A DNA stretch of 42,179 nucleotides from an uncultured Anaerolineaceae bacterium. Lineage in GTDB: Bacteria > Chloroflexota > Anaerolineae > Anaerolineales > Anaerolineaceae. Below, piece after piece: positions 26,814-35,694 of the stretch. The notes below the pieces were generated by a model. It was given only the letters and a program-made list of their open reading frames with translations, was not told where the DNA came from and ran no database searches. The DNA is taken from assembly GCA_964624615.1 (NCBI GenBank), contig CAZUZM010000003.1, positions 3,241 through 45,419 on the forward strand. Reading direction: 5' to 3'. The position numbers were made by a program, and so were the translations under genes. The number at the start of each line of letters is the position of its first letter. Positions within the stretch are counted from its first letter, which is position 1.

Positions 26814-27668
26814 TTAAGGTTTAGGACTTTCTTTGAGCCTGACCAACATAAACCCTCCGTTACCAGTCATGCCCAATTCTTTCCGTAAGGTGTCATTGGT
26901 AAGGTCATAAAACAAGCCAACACCGGGTTGGGTTGGATCGTAGAGCATTTCTTCTTGAATAACAAAGCCCTCACCATGATTGATGTTGGTCACAGAATAC
27001 GCAGCACCATTTTCATCCACACGGGTAACAACCAGCATGTGGTCAAAACCCCGGTAATTTGAGACGCCTTTCAAAACATAAAGATAGAGCCAGTCACCAA
27101 CTTGCAAAGGGTTTTTCACAAAGTCATACTTGCCGATACTCTCTTCAATTTTGGTGTAAGTGTATTGATCCGGGGGAAAATAGATGCCGTTAAGTGTGTC
27201 TGTGCCAAAACAATATGGCAGATCGGGGTCTTCTTCATCTTCGCGCAAACACAAAAGCCACATATTTTTCAGGGGGCTATCCGCGGGCAAAAAGCCACCA
27301 TCGCGCATAATGGCAACGGTCAAGGGCCCACAAGCATTGTCTGGCGATTCATTCTTGCCACCTAAAAAGCTGATTTCTTTGACTCTTTCGTTGGCCTCAT
27401 CCGCCGTTTCGGCGATGTAATGTAAACTGGCTTCATAAAGGCGTAGGGCAGCCTTTTCTTTTGGACTCAGGGTCGGGGTAGCCGTTGGCGGAAGCGGCGT
27501 CGGGCTGGGAGTCTTGGTAGGCGTTGCCGTGGGTGTCGCAGTAGAAGTGCTTGTTTTACTTGGTTGTGGTGTTAACGTCTCAGTGGGTTCGGGTTGTACC
27601 AGCGATCCACAAGCACTCACCAAAAGCATAAGAATAAACAACGCTAATGACAAACCTTTTTTCATCAT
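26814..27668 (-). CDS. Secreted lipoprotein with PT-rich linker and C39-like papain-fold peptidase domain
   Basis: Lipobox LLVSACG. DNACGPLTVAIM resembles the C39-like N-x-CGP catalytic Cys motif, and GFDHMLVVTRVD is the candidate His. ATG 27668 overlaps the upstream stop as ATGA. Confidence 0.55.
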   Translation of the reverse strand: MMKKGLSLALFILMLLVSACGSLVQPEPTETLTPQPSKTSTSTATPTATPTKTPSPTPLPPTATPTLSPKEKAALRLYEASLHYIAETADEANERVKEISFLGGKNESPDNACGPLTVAIMRDGGFLPADSPLKNMWLLCLREDEEDPDLPYCFGTDTLNGIYFPPDQYTYTKIEESIGKYDFVKNPLQVGDWLYLYVLKGVSNYRGFDHMLVVTRVDENGAAYSVTNINHGEGFVIQEEMLYDPTQPGVGLFYDLTNDTLRKELGMTGNGGFMLVRLKESPKP

Positions 27669-28888
27669 TCGATATCCTGCAAAAAGTCCCATGGATTAAC
27701 TCTGCCATATTCGTCGTGGCGCAATTCAAAGTGTAAGTGCGGACCAAATGCATTACCTGTTTGCCCGACGGTGCCAATGACATTGCCGCGATACATTTCT
27801 TGACCACAGGTCACATCTACCGTTGCGAGGTGAGAATAGAGGCTCTGCCATCCGTTACCATGGTCAATCACAACCATTTCGCCGTAGCCCCAATCGTTCC
27901 AGCCGGCATAAACCACAACGCCATTGTCGGCTGCAACAACCGGGTCACCGATTTCTCCGCCCAGGTCAATGCCAAAGTGGTTCGCAGCGGGTTGATAATC
28001 AAAACCGGTCAACTTAGGCGTGTTCTTGACTGGGAAAACAAACTTTTCCGCGCCAACCACACCATCATATTTTCCTTCACAAGCCCCGGGACCTACATTT
28101 TTCGCAGTCGCCGGCTCATTGCGGGTGATGCGTGGCGTACGCCAATCGCTAAACTGAGCATAGCCACCAGGAATGACAATCATTTTTCCGGGTGCAATGT
28201 TTGGCTCGCTAAAGGTCCCAATGGTCTCCATGCTCAACCCATTCGGTGGATAATTGACGATGGCTTCAGGGGTCACATGATAAAAATCAGCAACGCCATT
28301 AAGTCCTTCGCCAGCGCTCCAGCGATGTAAAATGCCATCCACCGGTAAAACAAGCAGTTTTTGACCCGGAGTCATAAAGTGGGGATCATCCCCCAAAGTA
28401 TATCGATTGCTCCAAAGCAAGGTCTCGGGACGTAAATTGTATTTTGCTGCAACTGAAAACAGGCTTTCACCGGGTTGAATAATATGCTCAACAATGCCAG
28501 TGCGCTCTCTTTCGGGCAAAATAGTCGTCATATGGGTATCACGCGGAATGCCTTCACCTTGTGGCTTATTTAGGTCAGCCTGAAAAACGGGTAAAACCGC
28601 CATCCCCTCTCGCTCAACAGCCCCAGCCTGACTTAGGCTAAGTTCTGAAGGTTTTTGTCCGCTCTGACTTATAAAAAAGCGATCCATAAAAAGCACGACC
28701 AAAACCATCACCATCATTGTACTGATGATGGCTACGACCCGCCGCGCGCTATCGTGCAAACCCAAATGCACCAAACGTTCCCAAGTTTGTTGAAACCAGT
28801 TTTCATGGACTGGCTTTTCAGTTGTGGGCTCAGCTAACCTGGCATCTTTCAGGTCTATATCTTTGGTAGAAGGCAAATCTACGCTCAT
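27665..28888 (-). CDS. Membrane-anchored LysM + M23 metallopeptidase
   Basis: TM helix VVAIISTMMVMVLVVLF, LysM HIIQPGESLFSVAAKYNL, and M23 motifs HFGIDL and GPHLHFELR. Confidence 0.9.
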   Translation of the reverse strand: MSVDLPSTKDIDLKDARLAEPTTEKPVHENWFQQTWERLVHLGLHDSARRVVAIISTMMVMVLVVLFMDRFFISQSGQKPSELSLSQAGAVEREGMAVLPVFQADLNKPQGEGIPRDTHMTTILPERERTGIVEHIIQPGESLFSVAAKYNLRPETLLWSNRYTLGDDPHFMTPGQKLLVLPVDGILHRWSAGEGLNGVADFYHVTPEAIVNYPPNGLSMETIGTFSEPNIAPGKMIVIPGGYAQFSDWRTPRITRNEPATAKNVGPGACEGKYDGVVGAEKFVFPVKNTPKLTGFDYQPAANHFGIDLGGEIGDPVVAADNGVVVYAGWNDWGYGEMVVIDHGNGWQSLYSHLATVDVTCGQEMYRGNVIGTVGQTGNAFGPHLHFELRHDEYGRVNPWDFLQDIE

Positions 28889-29016
28889 CTTAATGATGAT
28901 ATCACGAGTTCAGATAATGATAAATCGCCCGCAAAAGCCTCAACCACCTTTTTTTGAGCAGATTTCGATGCACTCGACTATAATACCGAAAGAAATCCTG
29001 AACTTAAGGACACGTT

Positions 29017-30219
29017 ATGAAAAAAAGAACACTGCTCATCATCGTTTTACTGTTTACCTTATTGCTTGGCGCTTGCGATAAACTCAAGTCCCCAACAGAA
29101 CCCGCAAACACTGCCGTAGCGACCAAAGCACCCCAGGGCGCAACAAAAGCACCCACCCACACACCACGCTATTTGGGTCCGCTTTACAAAATCAAAATCT
29201 TTTTAGGTGGTGAAGGCTGGGCAATTAACGTTGATAAAACCCAATATTATCGCACCGTCAACTTCGGCGAGCACTGGGTAACGGCAACCCCACCTGAACT
29301 GAGCAAAAACGCCAAGGATTACCCACAAATTTCAAACTATTTTACTTCGGGCAGAACCGCATATGTTTTGCTCAGTCGTCCCGAGGAAAAGAGCATCCTC
29401 TTCCACACCACCGATGGCGGTGAAAATTGGGAAACTACTAAGCTAGACTTCCCCGGTGGGCACTTGCATTTTATTAGCCACACAGAGGGCTTTATCCTTT
29501 CCAGCCTGGGTGTTGGTGCGGGCTCTGAGTATGTGGCAGTGCAACACACGACCGATAGCGGTAAGACCTGGCAGACTGTTTTTAGCCACGAACCCGGACA
29601 AGATGCAGGCACACTGCCTAGCTCTGGGATCAAAAATGGCATCACTTTCATGGACGATAAAGTTGGCTTTGTAACCGGCAGCGCGCCGATCTCGGAATCA
29701 CTTTACCTCTATCGCACAAGCGATGGTGGTGTCACCTGGGAGCAAAAATCTTGTGAGGCTATCCCCGTTTTTGGCGAGGGTGATATTTGGGAACCTTCCC
29801 CAGTGCGTCGGGTTAGCCCCACAACGGCTTTTGTTGCCATTAAAGCCCATATCGCCGAACGCGAAACCACTGTGACCCACTGGTGTAAAACCACCGACGC
29901 CGGCGAAACATGGCAATTTATTTCCAGTCGTGACCAAGTTGAATTCAGCGATTTCGGTTCTGCTAATTATGGGCTCGCTTATAGCAAAGACAAACTGCTG
30001 CGCACCTCTGATGGTGGCGTCACTTGGGAAGACTATACCGAAAACGCCTGCCCCAGCATGAAACCGGTCACTTTCCAGGTCGTTTCTGATGGCTTAGCCT
30101 ATATGGTTTGTTCTTCATCTGCGCCCGAGGATTTAATTAACCTCAACCAAAACCGCCTGTTCGTCAGCATGACCAAGGGTCGCCGATGGCAAACCGTTGA
30201 AGCGTCAATCATCCGCTAA
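29017..30219 (+). CDS. Lipoprotein with BNR/Asp-box beta-propeller (Ycf48-like)
   Basis: Lipobox LLLGAC. Five S/T-D-x-G-x-T-W repeats: TDGGENWE, TDSGKTWQ, SDGGVTWE, TDAGETWQ, SDGGVTWE. Confidence 0.75.
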   Translation: MKKRTLLIIVLLFTLLLGACDKLKSPTEPANTAVATKAPQGATKAPTHTPRYLGPLYKIKIFLGGEGWAINVDKTQYYRTVNFGEHWVTATPPELSKNAKDYPQISNYFTSGRTAYVLLSRPEEKSILFHTTDGGENWETTKLDFPGGHLHFISHTEGFILSSLGVGAGSEYVAVQHTTDSGKTWQTVFSHEPGQDAGTLPSSGIKNGITFMDDKVGFVTGSAPISESLYLYRTSDGGVTWEQKSCEAIPVFGEGDIWEPSPVRRVSPTTAFVAIKAHIAERETTVTHWCKTTDAGETWQFISSRDQVEFSDFGSANYGLAYSKDKLLRTSDGGVTWEDYTENACPSMKPVTFQVVSDGLAYMVCSSSAPEDLINLNQNRLFVSMTKGRRWQTVEASIIR

Positions 30220-30239
30220 ACCCTTTGTATAAATGCATT

Positions 30240-30272
30240 ACGCCCTGGTACTTTTTGACCAGGGCGTTTTTT
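30240..30272 (+). terminator. Rho-independent terminator
   Basis: ACGCCCTGGT, 8-nt loop, ACCAGGGCGT, then TTTTT. Confidence 0.75.
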
Positions 30273-30315
30273 GTTATACTTAGGGATATTAAACATGTGG
30301 TTTAGGGCTAATTTT

Positions 30316-31155
30316 ATGAGAAAACAGCGGTCACAAAGATTTTTAGCAATTTTGCTTAGTTTATCTCTCCTTTTGGTGGGACTATCGCAACATGCTCATG
30401 CAGAAGCCAATACAGATTCGCTCCTGGAACTCAGCCAGCGCTGGACCCATTTTGAAAAACCATCAGAAGCTAATACCAGCAATCCCGAAACACTCCCTGA
30501 AAGCACCTATCCTGTAGAAACCCAATCACCTGAAGTCAATGAAACGCACAAACCGGTCTATTTGACCTTTGATGATGGCCCTGACCCCAATTGGACGCCA
30601 AAAGTGCTGAGCTTGCTCAAGCGCTATAACGCCAAAGCCACTTTTTATATGTTAGGACGAAACGTATCAAGCTACCCTGAACTGGTTGTCGAACTGGCTC
30701 AAGCTGGTCAAAGTCTGGCGAACCACAGTTACAATCACCCCAGTTTCAATAGTTTGAGCTATGAAGCCATTGGCCGTGAGGTGGGGGATACGACCTGGGT
30801 CACCAGAAACGCCTTGTCAAATCACCCCGAACTATCCAACCAAGTTGTTACCTGCGTTAGACCGCCTTACGGCGAGGCTAATGGCGGCGTTTATAATGCG
30901 CTTTGGGGACTGGGTTATAACGTTTCGATGTGGGATTTGGACACCATGGATTGGCAACAACCTGCCCCAGCCACTATTCTGCAGCAAGTCCTTTCACAAA
31001 TCGAAACCCATCGTGTCATTCTGATGCATGATGGCGGGCAAAATCGCCAATCAACCATCGAATCCCTGGCGCTTATTCTGCACGAACTGACCATACAAGG
31101 CTACCGTTTTGAACCCTACTGCACCCAAAACGGTCAAGCCAATTTCACCCCTTAG
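30316..31155 (+). CDS. Polysaccharide deacetylase (NodB homology domain), secreted
   Basis: LTFDDGPDPNWTP, ATFYMLG, HSYNHP and ILMHDG. I chose ATG 30316, which gives the signal peptide MRKQRSQRFLAILLSLSLLLVG. ATG 30295 is also possible. The track TTG at 30271 lies inside the terminator. Confidence 0.88.
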   Translation: MRKQRSQRFLAILLSLSLLLVGLSQHAHAEANTDSLLELSQRWTHFEKPSEANTSNPETLPESTYPVETQSPEVNETHKPVYLTFDDGPDPNWTPKVLSLLKRYNAKATFYMLGRNVSSYPELVVELAQAGQSLANHSYNHPSFNSLSYEAIGREVGDTTWVTRNALSNHPELSNQVVTCVRPPYGEANGGVYNALWGLGYNVSMWDLDTMDWQQPAPATILQQVLSQIETHRVILMHDGGQNRQSTIESLALILHELTIQGYRFEPYCTQNGQANFTP

Positions 31156-31192
31156 CAATCGAAGGAATTAATAAAAATTTTACAATTGGGTC

Positions 31193-31221
31193 TTGCATTT
31201 TGCATATGTTTCTTGTAATAT
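31193..31221 (+). promoter_or_regulatory. Near-consensus sigma-70-like promoter
   Basis: TTGCAT (31193-31198), 17-nt spacer, TAATAT (31216-31221). Confidence 0.5.
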
Positions 31222-31227
31222 AGAGCA

Positions 31228-31263
31228 TTAGACGCTTGGGTGCCCCCCTCACCCGGCGTCTAA
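31228..31263 (+). other. GC-rich hairpin (terminator, attenuator or small-RNA stem)
   Basis: TTAGACGC-T-TGGGTG-CCCCCCT-CACCCG-GCGTCTAA, followed by CTTGTTT and a TTTTTCTTTT tract. It begins about 7 nt after the predicted -10. Confidence 0.45.
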
Positions 31264-31320
31264 CTTGTTTAATGCGCCATTTTTCTTTTAAATCTTCTCC
31301 CTTTTCGATATAATCAAGTT

Positions 31321-31965
31321 ATGTCTGATGAGTCCATCTTCTTCATGCAATGTCAAAACGCAAGCTGTGGCTTACGCTTCCCTTTGGACCTGACTCAATT
31401 CGGTGGCAAATTTTGCCCACGTTGTGGCGCTGACCTTAAACAAGATTCTCCACGTGTCGCGAGCCAGAGTTTTGCCACTGCAACTGGCAAGGCAAAAAGA
31501 TGGGTCGGGGTGCTGGATAACTTGCGCTCAGCTCATAACGTTGGTTCTATATTTCGAAGCGCAGATGGACTTGGGTTGAACCATTTACATCTGGGAGGCA
31601 TCACACCTACGCCGGACATCCACCCGGCTGTCGCTAAAACCGCTCTGGGTGCTGAAAAAAACATACCATGGACCTATAGCCCTAACGCCGTTGCACAAGT
31701 CGAGGCACTGAAAAGATCCGGCGCGATGATTATTGTATTGGAAGCCGTGCCTCAATCCATCTCGCTTTATGATTTAAAAACGGAATCATTGTTTGAGAAA
31801 CAAGAGATTGTACTCGTAGTTGGCAACGAACCCGCCGGCGTGGATCCTGAAGTCATAGCCCTTGCCGACACTTGTGTGTTCATCCCCATGTTAGGTGAAA
31901 AAAAATCCCTAAACGTTGCCATCGCCTTTAGCATTGCTGCTTACCACTTGGCTTTTGGTATGTAG
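31321..31965 (+). CDS. SpoU/TrmH-family RNA 2'-O-methyltransferase with N-terminal zinc ribbon
   Basis: CQNASCG...CPRCG ribbon. NVGSIFRSADGLG, LVVGNEPAGV and SLNVAIAFSIAAY are the SPOUT motifs. Confidence 0.85.
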   Translation: MSDESIFFMQCQNASCGLRFPLDLTQFGGKFCPRCGADLKQDSPRVASQSFATATGKAKRWVGVLDNLRSAHNVGSIFRSADGLGLNHLHLGGITPTPDIHPAVAKTALGAEKNIPWTYSPNAVAQVEALKRSGAMIIVLEAVPQSISLYDLKTESLFEKQEIVLVVGNEPAGVDPEVIALADTCVFIPMLGEKKSLNVAIAFSIAAYHLAFGM

Positions 31966-31982
31966 TTCTAATCAAGTCAATT

Positions 31983-32013
31983 AAAAAATGCCCTGCGTCG
32001 CAAGGCATTTTTG
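31983..32013. terminator. Bidirectional terminator between convergent genes
   Basis: AAAAAATGCC...GGCATTTTTGTTTT. Confidence 0.65.
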
Positions 32014-32033
32014 TTTTCTAACCACAAAGAACA

Positions 32034-33293
32034 TCAGGGTTGAATGGTCGTCCCGGCTGGAATGGTGGTGTTTTTGGGGATGACAACAATACCTTCACGC
32101 ACAATATACATGGGATGGTCCACATTGATATCTTCAGGGAAAGGTTTGATGACCACATTATCCCCAATCGCAGCATTTTTATCAATAATCGCACCCTGAA
32201 TGTGACAATTCTTGCCGATACCTAAAGGCGCGCCATTACGTTGAACGCCATACCAGTCGGCACCCATCATAATGGTGTCCTTGATGACCGTGCCTGCGCC
32301 AATCTGCGCACGCAAACCAATGACGCAATGGTCAATTTCGGCATCCCGGATCGTACTGCCTTCCGCCAAAAGCACGCGTGAAAGCTTGCACCCAATCGCG
32401 CGGGTTCCAGGCAGGTAGCGCGGGTGCGTATAAATCGGTTTGTCAGGATCGTAGAAGTTAATTTGAGGCTCATCTTCCGCCAGTTCCAGGTTGGTTTCAT
32501 AGAAGGTACGAATAGTACCAATATCACGCCAATAACCTTCATATTGATAGCCAAATACGCGTGAGTCGGCTGCGATAAGGTAAGGAATGATGTCTTTACC
32601 AAAGTCGTCAAACTGTTTCCCGTCAATTTCCTTACGCAGCACATCAACCAACACGTCAGTATTGAACAAATAAATACCCATTGAACCCAGATAAGGCATT
32701 TCAGGGTTGTCCAAACTGACCAAATCTGCCAAAAGCGCAGGGTCGGTAGGCTTTTCAGCGAACCGCCTAATCTCACCCTGGGCATCCTTCTTCAAAATAC
32801 CGAATCGTGAGGCATCTTCCTTGAGTACAGGTTGCACAGCAACGGTCACATCGGCGTCATTCTCCCAGTGGAACTCTGCCATTTTGCCGTAATCCATGCG
32901 ATAAAGATGGTCACCCGCTAGAATGAGCACATATTTGGCACGCGAACTTTGGATTTCCTGGATTTGCTTGCGCACCGCGTCGGCTGTGCCTTGATACCAA
33001 TCGGTGGTATCCAAAGACTGCTCAGCCGCCCAAATCTGAACCCAGCCATGATGGAAAGAGTCAAACACATAGGTTCGGGTAATATGACGATGCAATGAAA
33101 CCGATAGAAACTGGGTCAAGACCGAAATGCGATAGATATCTGAGTTGATGCAGTTGCTGATGGGAATATCAATGAGGCGGTACTTTCCGGCGATGGGCAC
33201 AGCGGGTTTGGCGCGCTCGGCGGTGAGGGGATATAAGCGTGTCCCTCGCCCTCCACCTAAGATGACCGCTAAAATTTCGTCACGTTTTGGCAT
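32034..33293 (-). CDS. glgC: Glucose-1-phosphate adenylyltransferase
   Basis: AVILGGGRGTRLYPLT...KPAVPIAGKYRLIDIPISNC, plus a C-terminal left-handed beta-helix. Confidence 0.95.
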   Translation of the reverse strand: MPKRDEILAVILGGGRGTRLYPLTAERAKPAVPIAGKYRLIDIPISNCINSDIYRISVLTQFLSVSLHRHITRTYVFDSFHHGWVQIWAAEQSLDTTDWYQGTADAVRKQIQEIQSSRAKYVLILAGDHLYRMDYGKMAEFHWENDADVTVAVQPVLKEDASRFGILKKDAQGEIRRFAEKPTDPALLADLVSLDNPEMPYLGSMGIYLFNTDVLVDVLRKEIDGKQFDDFGKDIIPYLIAADSRVFGYQYEGYWRDIGTIRTFYETNLELAEDEPQINFYDPDKPIYTHPRYLPGTRAIGCKLSRVLLAEGSTIRDAEIDHCVIGLRAQIGAGTVIKDTIMMGADWYGVQRNGAPLGIGKNCHIQGAIIDKNAAIGDNVVIKPFPEDINVDHPMYIVREGIVVIPKNTTIPAGTTIQP

Positions 33294-33420
33294 AATGGCT
33301 TCCTTTCAACACTTCTGGTGTGCCAAGCCAGCCGCATGGTAGCTCGGCACCTGTTGCACTATCAATTTTCAAACAAGCAGACTTTCAATCTTGACAATGG
33401 GAAAAACCTAACCTTGAGAC

Positions 33421-35154
33421 TTATATCTGAATTGTACCTGTTAATTCAGAAACTGAGGTAAGAATGTCTTTAGCAGATTGTAAAATGCTTTCAGAGTCAC
33501 CGCCCAACATGCTGGCGAGCTCTCGCTCGCGCTCCTCACGGGACAGTTGCTTCACTTGGGTAACGGTGCGCGAGTCACTTTCCGCCTTGCTGGCTTGGAA
33601 GTGCTGGTCAGCAAACGCCGCCAGCTGAGGCAAGTGGGTCACGCAAAGCACTTGATGCTCACGCGCCAACTGCCAAAGCATTTTGCCAACCGTCATGCCG
33701 ATGCGCCCACCAATACCACTGTCGATTTCATCAAAAACAAGGGTTGGAATTTGATCCGCTTCTGCCAAGACATGCTTAAGCGCAAGCATTAGACGTGATG
33801 TTTCACCACCGGAGGCAATTTTTGCCAACGGTTTGAAGCCTTCGCCAAGATTTGTTTCGATGAGAAATTCCACCTGATCAATGCCGTGTTGGTCAAAAGC
33901 GAGGTTCGCGCCCTCAATAGTCAAGCCATTTGCGTCTGCCTTGTGGTGAATCTGAACCTGAAACGTTGCTTTTTGCATCTGCAAGGCAGCTAGTTCCTGG
34001 CTAATGGCGCTTTGCATCGTTTTGGCGGCAGCAAGCCTCGCTTTACTTATTCTCAAAGCTTTTTTAGAAAGACTTTCCTTAACTCGCTCTAATTTTTGGC
34101 TTACTTCTTTTATCTGTTCGTCTATAGAGTCGATATTCTCCAACTCCACGCGGCTCTTTTCCAAATGGACTAAGGCGCTTTCAATCGACCCGCCGTATTT
34201 CTTCTTGAGCAGCTGCAAGGTGTTCAAGCGTTCTTCGACTTGATCCAAACGTCCCGGCTGAAACTCCATGCCTTCCAGATAAGCTCGCAAGTCATAAGCG
34301 ATGTCCGCCAGGGTGCTCAGCGCTTCTTCAGCCCGCGTAGCGAGGTCTTGCGCTTCGGCGTCGATGCGCGCCAGATCATGCAAAAAATGTGCTGCCTGCC
34401 CTACCAAGTCTGTCGCTGCCATTCCTTCGGCAGAGCCTTCATCAATCGCCATTAAGGCTTGTTGGCTGAGAGAACTGAGGGCTTCGGCATTCACCAGACG
34501 CGTGCGCTCTGAACGCAGACTTTCGTCCTCGTCGGTTTGAGGTTTAGCGCTTTCTATTTCCTGAATTTGGAAGCGCAACATATCCACCCGCTGAGCGGCC
34601 TGTTTTTCGATGTCTGTCAGCTTGTTAAGCTCCTCTTTTAAGCTCAACCAGGTTTTGTAGTCCGCCTTAAAGGTATCTAAATCTTCACTGAGGTGTGCAT
34701 ACCGATCCAAAAGCTCGCGGTGGCTGCGCACATTAAGCAAACTGAAATGCTCGGACTGCCCGTGGATATCCGCAAGGAGTGCGCCAAGTTCAGCTTGAAG
34801 ACTCACGCTCACCGCACGCCCATTGACCCGGGCAATGGTGCGGCCTTCGGCACGAATTTCCCGCCCTAAAGTCAAAAAGTCTTCATCATCCCAAAGACCT
34901 TCTTCTTCCAACAAGGCTTTGACCAGCGGTTTTGTGGCGTCGTCAAGCTCATACACGCCCTCCACGATGGCTTTGCTCTCGCCTTGACGAATGATGGTGG
35001 TATCCATGCGCTCGCCAAGGATGGCACTGAGCGAATCCAAAACAATAGACTTACCAGCGCCGGTTTCACCGGTAAAGATAATCAAGCCTGGCTTAAAATC
35101 CAGGCTCAACTGCTCGATGATGGCAAAGTTTTGGATGTGCAGCTCTTTGAGCAT
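33421..35154 (-). CDS. recN: DNA repair protein RecN
   Basis: MLKELHIQNFAII...FTGETGAGKSI, a coiled-coil middle region, ASGGE and LVFDEIDSGIGG. Confidence 0.95.
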   Translation of the reverse strand: MLKELHIQNFAIIEQLSLDFKPGLIIFTGETGAGKSIVLDSLSAILGERMDTTIIRQGESKAIVEGVYELDDATKPLVKALLEEEGLWDDEDFLTLGREIRAEGRTIARVNGRAVSVSLQAELGALLADIHGQSEHFSLLNVRSHRELLDRYAHLSEDLDTFKADYKTWLSLKEELNKLTDIEKQAAQRVDMLRFQIQEIESAKPQTDEDESLRSERTRLVNAEALSSLSQQALMAIDEGSAEGMAATDLVGQAAHFLHDLARIDAEAQDLATRAEEALSTLADIAYDLRAYLEGMEFQPGRLDQVEERLNTLQLLKKKYGGSIESALVHLEKSRVELENIDSIDEQIKEVSQKLERVKESLSKKALRISKARLAAAKTMQSAISQELAALQMQKATFQVQIHHKADANGLTIEGANLAFDQHGIDQVEFLIETNLGEGFKPLAKIASGGETSRLMLALKHVLAEADQIPTLVFDEIDSGIGGRIGMTVGKMLWQLAREHQVLCVTHLPQLAAFADQHFQASKAESDSRTVTQVKQLSREERERELASMLGGDSESILQSAKDILTSVSELTGTIQI

Positions 35155-35157
35155 GGC

Positions 35158-35694
35158 TTAATTGCGGGCTCCTTTAGATTGCGCATATGCGCTGGCAGCA
35201 AGCAGTCCAGCATAAACAATATACCAGATGATGCTTCCAGCACCAGCCAGAATATTTCCCGATTTAATCATCAGCAGGAGTTGGCGGATCAACAAGGGGC
35301 TGGCGCCAACAAGGGCGCCAAACAAAACGCCAAGATCAATCCGTTTGCCACGCCGTCGTTTGAGCACCAGCCGGTTGACCCGATAAATGAGCAAACCAAG
35401 CCCGGTTGCCACCAAAATGATAATGAAACCCAAGGGCGCCACCAACCAACTTCCGGCAAAAGCAATCACTGCGGCAACAAAAAAAGCAATGATAGGGTCT
35501 GTGGCATGGGAGCTATCAAAAACCCTTTGCTGGCTCTTCACGCAATTCTTGCAGCGATAGCCGGTTGGGGTAAGCACTGCCGTCTGGGGTGTAATTGGGA
35601 TATTACAGCGATTACAGCGCAAAACTGGCGCATCATCTTGCATCAGTTCATTGAAATCGCTGGGAATGTTTGGGGTATTTTCTGAATTAGTCAT
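35158..35694 (-). CDS. Zinc-ribbon membrane protein, unknown function
   Basis: CNRCN...CKNC ribbon followed by about four hydrophobic helices. It overlaps the nadK stop by 8 nt and ends 3 nt before recN. Confidence 0.6.
   Translation of the reverse strand: MTNSENTPNIPSDFNELMQDDAPVLRCNRCNIPITPQTAVLTPTGYRCKNCVKSQQRVFDSSHATDPIIAFFVAAVIAFAGSWLVAPLGFIIILVATGLGLLIYRVNRLVLKRRRGKRIDLGVLFGALVGASPLLIRQLLLMIKSGNILAGAGSIIWYIVYAGLLAASAYAQSKGARN

Noticed and set aside
34984-35685. 233-aa plus-strand ORF spanning the recN start and the membrane-protein gene.
   Set aside because: It is antisense to two well-supported, tightly coupled genes, and its translation is low-complexity.
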